A DNA stretch of 64,000 nucleotides from assembly GCA_051294375.1 (NCBI GenBank), contig CM119263.1, positions 24,842,688-24,906,687 of the forward strand, written 5' to 3'. This document shows, piece after piece, positions 27,960 to 42,904 of this stretch. The stretch's first letter is position 1. Every line of letters begins with the position of its first letter. Source of the stretch: Paraspadella gotoi. Lineage: Eukaryota > Animalia > Chaetognatha. Position numbers and translations under genes: made by a program. The notes below the pieces were generated by a model that saw only the letters and a program-made list of their open reading frames with translations, was not told the origin of the DNA and did no database searches.

Positions 27960-29915
27960 ATTATTATTATTATTATTATTAATTAAAATCGCAAGAGCTT
28001 TCCTTCGGATTTCTGAATTTAACTATTCAATTCGCTGGACTACATTTCTGTGGTCATGGTTGACAGTTGGACCAAAACGACCGTCGGGCATGCGGTTGTT
28101 GACGCCTCTTTTATAAAAATATTAAAGAAAAGAAATATTAGCGAGCCAAATAGGGGGGAAAAATAAAACCGCTACTTAAGCTGCTGGACGAAAGACTTGG
28201 CCAATCGAATCCGCGGTTTGTAATTTAACTATAACCAGGCAGGTTAGCCAGCGGGCTCCGCTAGCTGGGCTTTCGAATAGCGCGTAATAGCCTTCCGGGC
28301 TTCACGCGGAAATCGTCGAATTTTTCTTGGTTTTAAATAAAAGGCGCGCGGTCTTATCGGGACTGGTGGCTAACATTCTTCGTCGCCGCTGCTAGCCGCC
28401 GCGGACACGAGACGAGGCAACGTGGGCGTGCGGACGATCGAAGCAGTCGATCCGAGCTTCCAGACATTCACGATCATCCCGAAGTCATTTCATTAAAAAG
28501 TATGGAAAGGCCTATGCCTCACGGCGATGGCAGAGAGTGGAGACCTTCGTAGTTAAAGGATATTTTGAAATTCGCGAAAATGCCCAAACAAACATATGGT
28601 TTTGGGCGTTCTTAACAAGAAACATTAACTTGATTTTTTTTGTGGGATTCTTATCCACTTAAGAGAAAGTCGAGCTCACGGTTCAAGCGATCACGAAATC
28701 TGACGATGTAAGACGTGACCGCGTATACACGCCTTTTCAAAAACTTTCACATTTCATTGCCGTTGCACCAGTCATTCGAGACCGATCCGCGCAGCGTTAG
28801 TTTAGTTAAATCATGATTATTCGCAGTCCGTTCCGCGCATGTTAGAAAATTGTCCCTGTTATTGTTTGCCCGCGCGGAGTGCCGCTTCCGAAGTTTGAAG
28901 TTGAGACAGAAAGGAGAGGAATAAGTTTGCACGCCGCCGCGATAGCCTGTTTTTTCCCGAAACCCCAAACCCGTTATTGCACAGCAGCCTACCACGGCGT
29001 CGAAGAAATGGCTGGAAGAGCGTCGCCCGACATTTGCCGTATCGCCTTATCCGCACGGAGAAATCCTGTCAAGTCAAAATTAGTGCTCCGCCGTCGATTG
29101 AACACAGGCGTCCCTGTACGCGTCGTCCAAATGCAGTCTCTGACAGTTCGTCAAGCTGCTACTGCGTTCTGGGATTAAAGTGGGGAATGAGAGAGCGAAG
29201 TTATGAGCATTGGAGGAAAGGAGGATAGAGTTAGAGGCCGAGGAACTAAGAATCAAAAGGAGGAAAGGAATAAGTGAAAAGCAAAAACTGCGGCCGTCAT
29301 GATGAGCGTTGCCTACGAGGAGCGCCTGAAGCGCAGCCGCCGCGAGAGTGCCGCTTGTAAGCACGCCGCCTTGAGCAACGACGCATCGAGGAGCCGCCGC
29401 CGAGAGGTTCCGTCGGAACGAAGAAGCATGAACCACAGCGATCCGGTTTTAACGAAGATGTCAGCCCGCTCGACAACGCTGTGTCAACCAAAGACAATAA
29501 TATCCGCGGTAAGGCGAGTCTCGAACAGAAAAGGATAACCGAGGGAGAAGCTTCGAGGTCGAAGGTTTTTTCTTACGTTTTCAGAGATTGCGGGAGAAAA
29601 ATGGATCGAGTACTCGCCGCCGCGCCGATAGTAACGCGCGCCGGAGGTACCGGCCGCCGCTACATGCGTTATGCCGCGCTGAAACCCATACCGCATTCAG
29701 TTCCGCCGCCCGTACAGCCGTTTCGTCCGTGATCCCGTTAAAGCGAGTGAGCCGCCGCTCTGCCCGCCGCCGCCGCCGCCGCCGTCCTGAGTCACCAGAA
29801 AAAGCTGGGCTGAGTCACATGTCAACACCGTTATCAGAATACCGTTCGCGTTATCGGATTATCACCGCCGTGTGAGATCTCTCTCGTTTGCGCGAAGCCC
29901 TACCTTCTAGGCCCT
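25822..29915 (+). repeat. Third pass through the locus (part of arm A, spacer B, 5' part of the ORF); recurs at ~47778-51871
   Basis: The ORF track repeats identical peptides at offset 21956 (e.g. 26773 vs 48729, 29588 vs 51544). Confidence 0.92.
28839..29876 (+). other. Frameshifted, truncated copy of the 304-1773 ORF including its native 5' end (second copy 50795-51832)
   Basis: Peptide fragments KISAPPS, MNHSDPV, PKTIISAVR, LAAAPIVT, LKPIP, PPPVQPF and RPESPEKA appear in shifting frames, with dense single-base indels. Confidence 0.75.
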
Positions 29916-30110
29916 NNNNNNNNNNNNNNNNNNNNNNNNNGAGCGAGAAAGTGTACACGCCCTAGAACATAAAATAACCTTTTCAAATTCAAATGACAAT
30001 TTCGACTATTGCCTCGGTGGCTTAAGCGGAGGGTTGGGAAGTGAAGGAAGGTTGCGCGGAGAGAAATGAGAAGATTTAAGGGAAGGAGATTAAAAAAAAA
30101 AAATAATAAA

Positions 30111-30220
30111 AATGAGATAGAAACAAAAATTATAGGAATGAGATAGAAACAAAAATTGTAGGAATGAGATAAAAACAAAACTTATAATAATGAGATAGAA
30201 AGATAAATTTATAGGAAGAA
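30111..30220. repeat. 26-bp minisatellite, ~4 copies (aatgagatagaaacaaaaattatagg); copies at ~8505-8615, ~13580-13700, ~47470-47590
   Basis: Units read directly from the sequence. Confidence 0.85.
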
Positions 30221-30737
30221 GTTTTTGTTTGGTGCAAAGAAAAAGCGTTTTCCAATGTTCATGTTTCAATCTCACAGAATTATAATCAATTGGTTATCCC
30301 TAGTTTTGCCCATTGATCAATTTTTAGCGTAAATATAGAGAGTTCGATTATCACTTTTTCTAGTAAATAAAGTGTTATGAGAAAACAAAATTATGTAAGT
30401 TGACTCGTACATTAGCAAAAAAAAATATTGGTGAGTGACAAAATTGCTCGATTATCGAAGTGAGTCGCGCGTAAACGTCACTGATCCGATTTCCAGTTCC
30501 AGAGAAAGTGAGAGAGAACGAGAGAGAGAGAGAGAGAGAAAGTGAGAGAGTGAGAGAGAGAGAGAGAAAGTGAGAGAGGAAGAGCGACTGGCCTTCCTCT
30601 CGGACTAGAGGGAAGATTGAATTGCTTCGCGGTGAGGAATCAATCGAAAATCACTTTAGGGTCGTTGGTGAAAGGGTGAGGCAAAGGAAAGCGGAGAAAG
30701 CGACAGATAGTGNNNNNNNNNNNNNNNNNNNNNNNNN

Positions 30738-30784
30738 GATAGAGAAGTGAGAGTGAAATGAACAGTGAGAAAGAGACGGAGAAT

Positions 30785-30815
<31 letters not shown>

Positions 30816-30816
30816 C

Positions 30817-30848
<32 letters not shown>

Positions 30849-33420
30849 GAGAGAGAGAGAAGAGAGAGAGAGAGAGAAACGCTATATGACGCAAATGACA
30901 ATTGTTCGAACGGGGGAATGGCTGGGATAATTGGAGGAGAAATGGATTCCTTGTAATTTGAAAATGAGTTTTTCTCTTCTCGACGAATCGAAAGAAGGAA
31001 AAAAAATTGTGATTTTTTTCGTCAGCAAAAATTTTCATTTTTCGCTTCAAAATTGAATCTGGCAGACGTGGTCGACGTCTCTGCGCTCTGAGCCGAAGTC
31101 GATATTGAAAAATGGCTGACGAATCTAAGTTTTTCATTGGCTTTAAAAAAAATTAAATGGAATCAAAAAAGAAAAAAAAATATTATTTTCGAAAAAAAAT
31201 CTTGACAAACAAGTAATTTTCTTCGGGAGTTGTTGTTGAAATAATTAATGGAATGGAGAAACAAACCTATGTCAGCTTGGTTCATGCCTTGATTGCGTTT
31301 TATGTTAAAATTTGCGTGTATAAAAAATATAAAATGAGGGATAACGACTTCACTTTTTTTTTCCTAAAAAAACGATTAGCAAAGAATCTCCATTAACAAC
31401 AGTAATAAAAATAACACAACGACTAAGACGGATGGACGAAAGCGCTTCCCGTTTTCTGGCGCACGAAGGGGGTTTGCCACGCCGGCCGAACTTATCGTTA
31501 CACCTCAGAGTTATATTTTACGGTCGAGAAGTATCGAAATTCGTATCTTCAGGCTTTCCACAGTTCTTTGCTTTTCACTTCGTCTTTTAACTCTTCATAC
31601 TTTTCCTCTTCTTTTCTTCTTCATCGTTAATCCGCTCGTGTTCTCACTTTCTTCTTCATTTCTTTTTTCCTTTTTCCTCTCTTCTTTCTCATTCGTTATC
31701 CTCATGTTCCCTTCTCATTCTCCTTTTTTTTTCCTATTCTTTTCTTCTTGCATAGGCCGTTATTCTCCTTATGTTCCTCACTTGTCTCTCTCATTCTCGC
31801 TTTCCTTTTCCCTCTATGGTCTTTGTCTACATGCTCATCATTATCGCCGCATCGCGGGTATGCATCGAGTGTTCCTCACTTTCTTATTTCTGGCTTGTCC
31901 TTTTTTCCTTTTCTTCTTTCTCATCGTTCATCGCTCATGTTGCCTTCTATTCTCCTTTCTGTTTTCCTATTCTTACGCCTTCTTCTTCATCGTTATCGCT
32001 CATGTTCACTCACATTCTCTTAATTCTCTCTTTTCTTTTTCCCCTCTCTTCTCACATTATCGTTATCTCTCATGTTAAGACTTTCATACTTCTCATGCGC
32101 TGGTTCTTCTCGTCTTTTCCTTTTTCTCCCTTCTTTGTTGCCTTTCTAACTCGTTATCGTCTCATGCGTTTCCTCAACTTTCTTATCATTCCTCCTTTTC
32201 CTTTTTTTCCCTCCTCGTCCTCATCGTTCCTTCTGCGAGTTGTTCCACGCCACTTTCTTTTTCGCTATTCTTTCTTCTTCTCATCGGTTATCCTCATGTT
32301 CCTCACATGTCGTTCACTCATTCTCCTTTCTTTTTCCTTCTTCTTCTTCTCATCTTATCCTCATAGTCCTTCAACTGTCTTCTCATTCTCACTTATTTTT
32401 CTTTTCCTTCTTTCTTCCTATGCTTCTTCATCGTTATCGTCGCTCTGTATGTTCCTCAACTTTCTTCTCATCTCTCTAGCTTTTCTTTTCTTCCCTTTTC
32501 ATTCTCTTCTGCATTACCCGAGCAGGTTATACAGCTCTGTTTGTGGTTGCTTAGACACTAATCTCTCGCCGGTCAGCTATAATCGATAAATCTTCTTCTT
32601 CTCATTCGGGCTTCCTTCCCGTTTTTTCCTCTTCTTCTTACTTGGTGCATCCGTTTCATACTCATGTTACTGTGTGGCCAATCCTTTCTTCTCATTCTCC
32701 TTTCCTTTTTCCTCTTGTTGCTTTGCGCTCTCTTCTGTTCCACGGTTAATTTTAACATTATTGTAACTACATGTTTTTGGTTATCTCCGATATCTCTGCA
32801 TGTCCATAAGTTACGATGAATCCTATAATGTTGTGCTTATTTATTAAAATACTACTTGCGGTTGAGATACGGTAACAACAAACAGACAAACATAAAACCC
32901 ATTTATATATATAGTTGACCAGTGGAAATGTAAGTTCGCTGTACAAATAACAGGTAATTTACTGGACCGGCGCCGTTTTCCCGTTTAATTTTCGCCGCCC
33001 ATGTATTCCAACACCTTATCTCCTTCGCCCCTAGAGTCCCAACATTTAACCCTTTGCCCCAGGATTCGTCTGCCTCGTCACGCCCTCTTGAGAGAGCCCT
33101 ATGTACTTCTAAATTCCTCGGCGAGACGGCTTTGCTCATTTAACCAAAATTTTTTATACCAAATGGAGGGCTTAAAATATAACTGTAAATTATAGAATAA
33201 ACAAATAGAGCATGAAAATAATATAAATTTTAAAAAAGCAAATCAATTATTCTTAATTTTAGCAGAAAAGTGAAAAGTAGGATAAAGTTAAAATGTGGAA
33301 ATCAAAAAAAAAAAAAAGAAAAGAAAATGAAGAATAAGGATTAAAATGTGTCATTACATGATTGAAATGACGAGAAGACGAGTTTGATTTCAGTGAAGTT
33401 GAGAGATAGAAAAGAGGGAG

Positions 33421-33455
<35 letters not shown>

Positions 33456-36400
33456 TGAGAGGAGAGAGAGCGAGAGAGGGAGAGAGTAGAGGAGAGAGAG
33501 AAGAGAGCTTTTTTTCTGGAGACGAAATAAAAAATAATAAAGTAGGAAAAAAATGGTTGGCCAGTCCGCGAAACGAGTTTGAGTTGGCGAGGAGATATGC
33601 AATGAGAATGAAGGAGGAAAAAGTGAAAAGAGGGCGAGGAGATTGTAGAAGGCTGAACCCTGGGTGGGGGGGGGTGAAGTGAAACTCCTTGGCCATCGTG
33701 AATGTAAGAATGAGGGACGGGGAATGAACAATGTTAATGATAAAAGGCTGTAATTATATGAGCGAGTTAGAAATTAAAATGAGTAAAGAGATCAGCTCCG
33801 AGTTGACGAACTTTGTGTGATAAAATAGTTTCGATAAATTAAAAAAAAAATCTCTTTTTGCAAACATAACTCAGAATTTACAATTTGGATTGGCGATGAA
33901 GGCTGAACAAATTTATTATGAAAATGTAAATACCCGACAAAAAATGATTTTTAGAGGATGTGGTTTAAGCCGGTAAAGTGAGTAAAAATAGTAATAGCAG
34001 TAGTTAAAATACCTTTAGAATTGACAAGGAAAAGTTTTAACTTTCAAGAAAATTCCATTCTAAGTGAGGAGCGACCGAGAGAGACGCCATCGGTCGCTCG
34101 AGAAGGTAAGTTTACCGAAGCAGAATGGAACGGAAACGGATGGGAATGAGGACGGAGTTTAATTTCTCTCTTTAGGTTGAAAAGGGAAGAACAATTTCCG
34201 TCGTTAACAAATACGGATGCTGAGGTGATTTGGCACGGAAGAAGTTCTTGGGCCAAGAGAGGGAAAAGAATTTCAGATTGAGTAATAAAAAGATATACAG
34301 TAGCGCGATTAACGTGATTAACGTTCATATGTTTACCGTCATTAGTTATTTAAATTTTATTTATCCAACTAACTTTTTATATGTTTCCGTTTGCTCGGAC
34401 CTTAGTCTATGGTTGTGTGATTATAGTACTCGGCACTCGGATACCTTGTTGTATTCGATTAAATCGCATATATTATCAGATATCTCGGGAAAGGGATATA
34501 CAAATTTTATACATTATAACTGGCTAAAGGTTAATTAAGTTTAACATATTTTTGCTAGCTTTCGTAAGATCGAGGGCCAGGAGTTCTTCTGTCCGCTCTT
34601 CCGCTGTGGAACGAGCAAAGATTCTGGACATTGTATGTGCGATATTCCTGACATACGATGAAAAGATAAAGAAGAAGCTTTAGTTAGTAGGGGTCTATTA
34701 TTTCGGTTCTATAAGTTCCCCTGACTATTTCGATTGTAATGTCTCAATATTACTATTCCATTCTCTCTCCTCATTCGTGCCATGATTACTCTCTGGTTGC
34801 TCCCTTAGGAGCATGGTGTTCGCGAAAAAGGCGAAAAAAATGGCTGGGAGGACGGAGTCCATCACTCACGGGTAAATAAGGCGGAATGCAGAAGGAGGAA
34901 GTTTTGGCAGCTTGGAAAATTTATTCAGAAAGACCTCCTTGGCGCTGAGCTAGGAAATCAGTTCGGGAGCGAGAAGCGGAGTTAGAAAGGGAGAGAGGGA
35001 GAGAGGGATGTGAAAGAGAGAGGCGAGACACAGGAACGTATTGTGAAAGGTCTCACGAGAATTTTTATTTTTTAGAGAAGACCTCATGTCCCACTGTTAC
35101 TATCGATTGTCGTTTATCTCCGAAACATTTTATGTTTAAAACTGTCACTGTATTCGGACTTGAGTTTAACAACAATTTACTTCATGAATTTAAATAACCA
35201 TGTCGTCAGTTTTTCAGTGCGGCGCCCCTCGGTTTTAATAAAACGGTTACAAGTTTTGTAAAATTTCTGCTTGAATTTTTTTTTTAGTTTTTATTTTTTG
35301 TCCTTTTTCAATTTGTTCTAAACTCATACCCAGCTGTTTCTTTAAAAAAAAATAAGAAAAAGCTTTTTTTTTCTGACCTCGAGCGTGCTCGGGTTATTTT
35401 CCAAACGGCCTCGCTGCTTTCATGGATACCAAAGCATTTTTCTCCTCCTTTCGTTATCGTCGTCGTCGTCGTCGTCATCGTCGTCCTCAGGTCGTCCGTC
35501 GTCCGCCGTCCATATTTTAATCCTGTTTTTTTATCTTGGCTTGTTGTTCTGTTTGTGTATCCGACTGTCCTGTTTCTTTTTCGGTTTTTATTTGTTGCTC
35601 TGTAAAAAAAAAAACACAAAAACGAAAAAACCCGGATTCGTCCGGCTCGAGGTCGGGGGACAGTCTGACACCGTGTTGTGGAGCGAAAGGAGTGGAGTCC
35701 CGGGATGTGGTGTGGATGGATCAAAGAGGGAAGTGGGAATGGGGTGTCGGGAAGAAGGGTTGGGCAAAGGGGGATACTATCGGTGATATGACAAGAAAAT
35801 ATAAAGTTAGGACTGAAAGGAATGGGCGTGAGTAGATTAGTGAAATAGAGAAGAGTAAAAGGTGCGAGGAAGATGTTAGAAGCTGAGAAAATTAAGAGAG
35901 AATAGAGAAGTGGAACAAAGGGGGAAAGGAGCCGAAGAGGAAAGCAATGAGAGACATAGGAGGCATGGAGAAACAGTAGCAAGAATAAGAAGAGGAGAGG
36001 AGCAGAGGAAATAGGAGCGGGGGGCGCAACAGGTCTCGAAAGGGTCTCTCAAGTTTCGACTGGGAGCGGCACGCGTCACTTGCGTCGGGTTTATTTTCTG
36101 GAGAATTTCCACGAATCCGCCAAAACGACGGACGAACGACGACGACGACGACGACGTACGACGACGATGGCAGCAACGATTGAATAACCGACGAAACTAA
36201 TGGAGCGTTGCCTTAACCTGGAAAATCCTTTTCCGGTTTGGAAGCGAATGAAGGTTTCTCAATATGAACGGCGAAAAAAAAAAGACGAAATGAACGGAGG
36301 AGAAATAAATGAAAGACGAAAAGTTCACAACAAGGCACGAAATGAAGTAAAAACATTTTTAAGCCAACTTATAAATAACAGTCCGTTTACAACAACGATT

Positions 36401-39400
36401 ACTTTAATTATACTTAGAATATATAAAGAAAAGCAAGTGAAATAAGTAAAAAAGTGAAATAAATATACAATCAATGAAAATAAGAAACGGTCGAGTTACC
36501 TAAATAGTAAAACAAACAAACGACGTCAACGACGCATTCGGATGACGTCGACGACGAGAAATAGGGATGACGACGACGATTAAAAAAAAGAAATTCGGAA
36601 GCGAGGACTGGAGAAGCGATGCGCGCGACATTCTCGCCAAGTTCTATTTTTTACCGAAATAAAAAAAACCCCCGCTTATCCGAATCCAGGGAAAGAAATT
36701 TCTTCCCACGCGAGATTGTTTGCTAATCCTTTCCCTTTTTTTTCATTCTATCACGCCATCTCTCCCTCCTCCCCGCTTTTCACCCTCTCCTCCTTCTTGC
36801 CCCCCCCCCCAACTTTTTCCCCAACTCCCTCTTCGCCTGCGTTTCTCACAACAAAAGTCCCGAAAAAAATTTCTCACTCGAGTCCTCGGTTCCGAATTCG
36901 ATTGGGGGAAAAAAAGGAGTTTAATGGCATCACAACATCCGATAACCGCATGACCGAATTCTACTTATTTATTTTTCGCGATTATTCAAAAAAAACACTT
37001 TTACTCTTCCCGCTTCTCTTTTCTTTTTCCTAGCTTTGCTTTTTGTTTTTTGCCCTTATTTTCCTCCCTTCTTTCCCCTAATTCCTACTCCCTTCCTCTC
37101 ATTTCCTTCCTTCACCATTGCCTTCCTCCCTCCTCCCCCTAGATACCCGTATCTTCTTCCTCTTCCTTTCCGTTTCTTAGGCAATACCCCCTCCATCGTG
37201 TGTGCGCTTGTGCCTCTTTCTTCCATTTACATTCAACTCTCCCCTCTCCTCAACTTAGCCTTCAACTCCAACAAACTTTTGTCGCTTTCCCCTTTTCTCT
37301 CTCGTTCCTTCCCCTTGCCACCGCTTACCGCTATCAATCGTACCCCCTGCCTGTCATCTCAACCCCCCCACCCAGCTGCCTCATCCTCGTGAGGAGAGAC
37401 GGCGCTCCCGAATCCGTTCTGCGTCGCTGCGCCGACAGGAATATAGACTTCGATACTGCGGAGCGCGCCGATTGCGACAGCGTCCGATGCTGCATTTGGA
37501 TGCGGCATCAGACGCGGGCATCATCGAAGGAAGGCGAGGACGGAGTTCCGACTGCGGCCAATTGATCCAGTTCCAAGACTGGGGCGTTCTTTCCATCAAA
37601 CACGACACGAATTGTCCGCTGTCATCAACTCATGTAACCAAATAGGGGCGTCCAGTTGGGGACATAAAATGTGGGACATTGTCTTCGAGGACATATGAAA
37701 TATGGGTGTCAGTTTTTTTGTAAAGACTATGAGATTATAGACGGCCATTCATTGTGCCCCAAATAGAATCGGGCCTCCCATTGCATGAAGACAAGGGAAT
37801 ACGTGAAATGTGAACAAAAATGTATTTTTCTTGCTATCGGAAAAGATTTTTAAAAATAAAAAATACCATTTTGGTTACGTAGTTCAATCGGGTTGTCCAT
37901 CGCGTTTGGAATTTCGCTTTCGCCTGGTCCGTCACAATATGCAAAGGTCGCACCACCATCCGATCCATTGTAATGGCAAACGATCAAATTCCGGTCACTG
38001 TCCTCAAACACGGTCGTCAAACGGAAAGAATGTACATTGTAACAAGCCGGACCGCCGCCATGTCGGCAATCGGCGAGAAGTGATTTGCGCGTCGAGGGCA
38101 ATGAAGCTGTTTCCGACCTTTCATCTTTAAACTGTTTTCGTCCCTTTATCTTGCGGAAATTTATGCGCATGATAAACATTGTCGCCGGTGGCCGCCGCGG
38201 TCCCCCGCAGGCCGGCGCAACGGGCGTCTTTGCTACCGAAGACGACTGGGCCGGGCGGGGCGAAGACGTATTCTTTTCGTCTACGTCAATTGAGATACTA
38301 GTGAAACTACTCGTCGACAGAGAGAACTCGAAACACCGTGAGAGAGGGAGAAGAGAGAGAGAGAGAGAGAGAAGAGAGAGAAGAGAGAGAGAGAGAGGAT
38401 AATGAGACGGAGTCTCTTTCTGCCGAGTATTTTGCATATTGTCGTCATCTCAATAGCAGACGAACGACGCGCCGGTCCACATCTCGGAATGGAATGGAAG
38501 ATGGGGCGACTCCAACCGGCTCGTCGTAAGAAGAAAAAAAATTGAGAAAAAAAATATAAAAAATATATATAGTGAATAGCGCATTAGGCGAAGTCGGGGG
38601 ATGGCGCTCGTATGACCGAAGAAATCTATAACCCCGGCTCCCGCGACCGGCAAGTTCTCGCCCGTTTTAAAAACGCCCGACCAGGCCCTCGCCCCGACAG
38701 GCCCTCCCTGTTTTCCTTCGCTCCTGAGAAATACCGGTTTTTTTTTGTCATTTACTTTCGGAAATTAGCCACGATTTTTTAACCCAAAGAGGGAAAAATG
38801 GTTTTAGAAAAATAGTGAATAAAATAAGTTTTCTTTATTTTTTTCACTCGAGTGCTACGATTATCCTTAACGGGGTCTAGATGAATGAGGCATAGGCGAG
38901 GCGAAGAAAGGAAAGAAGAAAGAAAGAAAGAGAAAGAAATAAATAAATAAATAAATAAATAATAAATAAATAATAAATAAATAAATATAAAAGAATAATA
39001 AATAAATAAAGAATAAAGAAAGAAAGAAAGAAAGAAAGAAAAGAAAGATAAAGAAAGAAAGAAAGAAAAGAAAGAAAGCAAGAAAAGAAAGAAATTTGGG
39101 AACTCAAATGAAAAGAGAAGAAGAAGAAAGAAAAGAAAAGAAAAAAAAGAAAGAAAGAAAGAAAGAAAGAAAGAAGAAAAGAAAGAAAGAAAGAAAGAGA
39201 GAAAGAAAGAAAAGAAAGAGAGAGAGAGAGAGAGAGAGAGGAGGCAATAAATGCGGCGATAAGTGAAAAAAAGGAGGGGAAACCAGATGAAGCTAATGAA
39301 AGTAAAAGGTAAAATAACAGAAAAAGGGAAATTAAGTCGAAAGACGAGGCACAAAAAAAAAAAGTAGACGAAAAAAAATTCCAGGAGAAAAAAAAGGTTA

Positions 39401-41440
39401 AAAATAATAAAGAAAAAAAAGAAGATGAAAAGAACGTTTTTCTTGTTTTTTTAACGGTACGGAGGACTCACCGCTGCCGTCGGCTCACAAAAAAAGGCGA
39501 TCGCTATGTATTCCGCTGAAACTAAAATGGCTCGAATAAAGAGGCGGAATGGCCTCGCATATTTTTATCGATTTAATGTGAGGAGCCTCCACGTTTTTTT
39601 TTCGTTGTTAGCGAGAAGGCCCGGGCAGCGAGGGCGATCCACACGATGGGATTGATCAGACCCCGGCTGCCGACGACGAAAATAGCGACGATAACGATGA
39701 CGAATACGACGATATCGATCATGAAAGCCGTTAAGAAACAATGAAGATCGACAAGAAATGTATAGCGAGTATATGACGTTAATATAACGACTATATTAAC
39801 GTTATTAACGACGTTTGTGAGGATATCGATCGAAATCAAAATGACGGTAACGAATGACGAAGATAATGCATTGGACAAAAAAAAAAAAATTAAATCCTTA
39901 AAATTATCTTTGACTTTGAACTAATGGATTATTATTATGGCTAATCGGCTATTAAAGAGTCTTTGTCAATGACCTTTAGTCACGAATTGCTTTCCGAATG
40001 ACAATAATATCTCCGTCTTTTTCAAAACAACGAAATAATAATTACAAGAACGATAAATAATGACAAAGACAACGGCTAACGGAGAAACTCTTAGTCAGCT
40101 TCTTTTAAAAACCCCCCTAATAGAAGAAGGGCCGACGAGGGCCCGTTACGTCCGCCCGCCGACGACGCACCTGCCTGGAACTCCTGTCGGTCGGCGTCGT
40201 TAAGGCGCTAAGCAGCAACACATCATATCGGGCCGCCATCTTTTTAGGGGGTGGGAGAAGGGGGGCGCTAAAAAGGCGGTCGAGTTCAACATTTCGTTTC
40301 CATATCTTTGCGCCTTTGTTCTGTTTCTTTTTCTCCCGGGGTCAACTCAACTCCGCCCCTTCCGCCCCCCCCAGGCATGTCGCTGCCCACTCACTTCCAG
40401 TGCCTTTCATCGCCAAAGGTCATTCATTGCTTCGCTTCGGAGAAAATGCCATCCTCTCACGGACGGGGAGGAGCTGCGGACAATCCTTGGCGCCTGATGG
40501 GAACCAAAAAACTGGCCGAACGGGGATAGTTCTTTGTTTTCCGCGCCCGGCGGTGGAAAAGCCGAAAACGGGTCGATCGATGGGCTGAAATGTGGTCAAT
40601 AAAAGTCATCGACCGATATCGATGAACCTTCTGTCCTGATGTAATACTGCTGATCGTGATGTTAATATAGTATATGGACTGCTCAAATGTAATTGCGCAA
40701 GGTTAGGTTCGATATTTTAAAAATCGACGACGCCCGAGCATTGGCGGCCGTTTCCACCCACAAGATAGATGGCACTTAAAATTGGCCGCACGAATCACCG
40801 GCGCCCTAAAAAGAAAGTAGGCACTTTATATCATGGCGCTTTAATCACAAGCACCCGAAAAATAGTTGGAACATTTTAAATTGTTACCGTCAACCCTGGC
40901 GTCCCCGACGGTATATTGGCAGAAAAAAATGGCGCCCTAACTGTCGGCGCCTAGCAATCGTGCTTCCAAATTTGAATGGTCAGCGAGAACGTGAATTCCG
41001 GTCAGAAGAGAAGAAGAAAGGAAAAGGAGGAGGAGGAGAGATTTTTAAATTTTTCCTCGTTTGCCTCTTTTTTTTTTTTTGTCAAGGGAAGGAAAAAGAG
41101 GAAAGAAATTAAAACAAAAAGAGCAAGATGAGAAGCAAGAGGAACTCTCGACAGAAAGAAGGGTATAACTAAATTAAACAAAAGAGAGATAGAAAGAAAG
41201 AAAGAAAGGAAGAAAAGAAAAAGAAAGAAAGAAAGAAAGAAAGAAAGAAGAAGAAAGAAAGAAAAGAAAGAAAAGAGAACAATGAATAACAGAGAAAAAT
41301 AGAAGCAAAGAAAAAGAGAAAGATTTGAAAAAACAGACAGAGCAAAAAAGCTAAAACCGCGTTGTTTTTCGCTGTGAAAAAACTCACACGATTATTGCCC
41401 CAGCGAGACGCTCGATTACGACCATCTTGCGTCCTCTCTC

Positions 41441-41483
<43 letters not shown>

Positions 41484-41492
41484 CTCTCTCTT

Positions 41493-41523
<31 letters not shown>

Positions 41524-42232
41524 CTTGCTTTCTCTCGATCTCGTGAAGCCTTGTCATCCAAAAATTCCCGCCTCGCGACTTCAGTGAACCGAGTGAAAAA
41601 TGTCTTCGAAACCCAAGTCACCGCCTCCGTTTCAATGAGGTTGGGGGGGGAGAGCTGACGGGAGAGAGGGGGGGTTGAATAGCGGCTGAAGGAGTATTGA
41701 GAAAGGAGGAGGACAGGGGGAAGGGCGGAAGGGGCCTTGACTGCCGCTCGCTTCTTTTTATTTTTATTTTTATTTATTTTTTTTTCTCGTTTCGGTTTTT
41801 TCGAAACGAGAATCAATAAATGTTTGACGTTTTTTTGTCCCAGAGTTTCGCAAGAAAAAGATGTTCGCGCTTAACCGAACTGGGGGCTGGGTCGAGCTGA
41901 AAGAGTTGGGGGTAACATAGCCGTCCGGGGGTGGCGCGGCGCGGGGCCGGGGGGTTACAGAAGAATACGCACAGGACAAGGCTTCGCGTTTCGGCATATT
42001 TCCGCGCGGGCGTGGCGACCACGAAATTGATTTGATACGAATTCAAAATTCGCATGAATAAGTAACTGCTTGGGGTTTTCGCCCGACTAGGTCTTGGTTG
42101 TATTTTTTTTATATTTATAATTTCTAAATTTGACACTTTGGTCAAATTATTAACAATATTAATGAATATTGAAGAATCCAGAGAAATAAAACAAGAAATC
42201 AAGCTACATACGTAAGGACGAGTTATTATTTA
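30738..42232 (+). repeat. Near-exact direct duplicate of ~14238-25740 (offset 16492)
   Basis: ORFs from 15146 to 25710 recur with identical translations at +16492 (15146/31638, 21358/37850, 25321/41813). Confidence 0.95.
37381..38280 (-). other. WDR54: Second duplicate copy of the two 3' WDR54-like exons
   Basis: Copy of 20889-21788 at offset 16492. Confidence 0.5.
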
Positions 42233-42904
42233 ATGACATTGTCAGACGGGGGAATGGCTGGGATAATTGGAGGAGAAATGATCCTTGTAATTTGAAATGA
42301 GTTTCTCGCTTCGACGAATCGAAAGAAGGAAAAAAAAATTGTGATTTTTTCGTCAGCAAAATTTTCATATTTTTCGCTTCAAATTGAATCTGGCAGACGT
42401 CGACGTCTCTGCGCTCTGAGCCGAAGTCGATATTGAAAAAATGGCTGACGAATCTAAGTTTTTCATTGGCTTTAAAAAAAATTAAATGGAAATCAAAAAA
42501 AGAAAAAAAATATATTATTCCGAAAAAAATCTGACAAAAGTAATTTTCTTCGGGAGTTGTTGAAATATTAATGGAATGGAGAAAACAAACCTAATGTCAG
42601 ACTTGGTTCATGCCTTGATTGCGTTTATGTTAAAATTTTGCGTATAAAATTAAAATGAGGGATAACGACTTCACTTTTTTTCCTTAAAAAAAAAAACGAT
42701 TAGCAAAAACTCCATTAACAACAGTAATAAAAATAACAACAACGACTAAGACGACGAAAGCGCTTCCGTTTTCTGGCGCACGAACGCGCGAACTTTATCG
42801 TTACAACCTTCAGAGTTATATTTACGGTCGAGAAAGTATCGTAATTCGTATCTTCACCTCTTTCCACAGTTCTTGCTTTTCACTTCGTCTTTTAACTCTT
42901 CATA

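Noticed and set aside
28839-29876. True pseudogene copies of the ORF and of the WDR54-like exons
   Set aside because: The lesions are dense single-base indels, identical between duplicated blocks, as expected from one reused noisy read.
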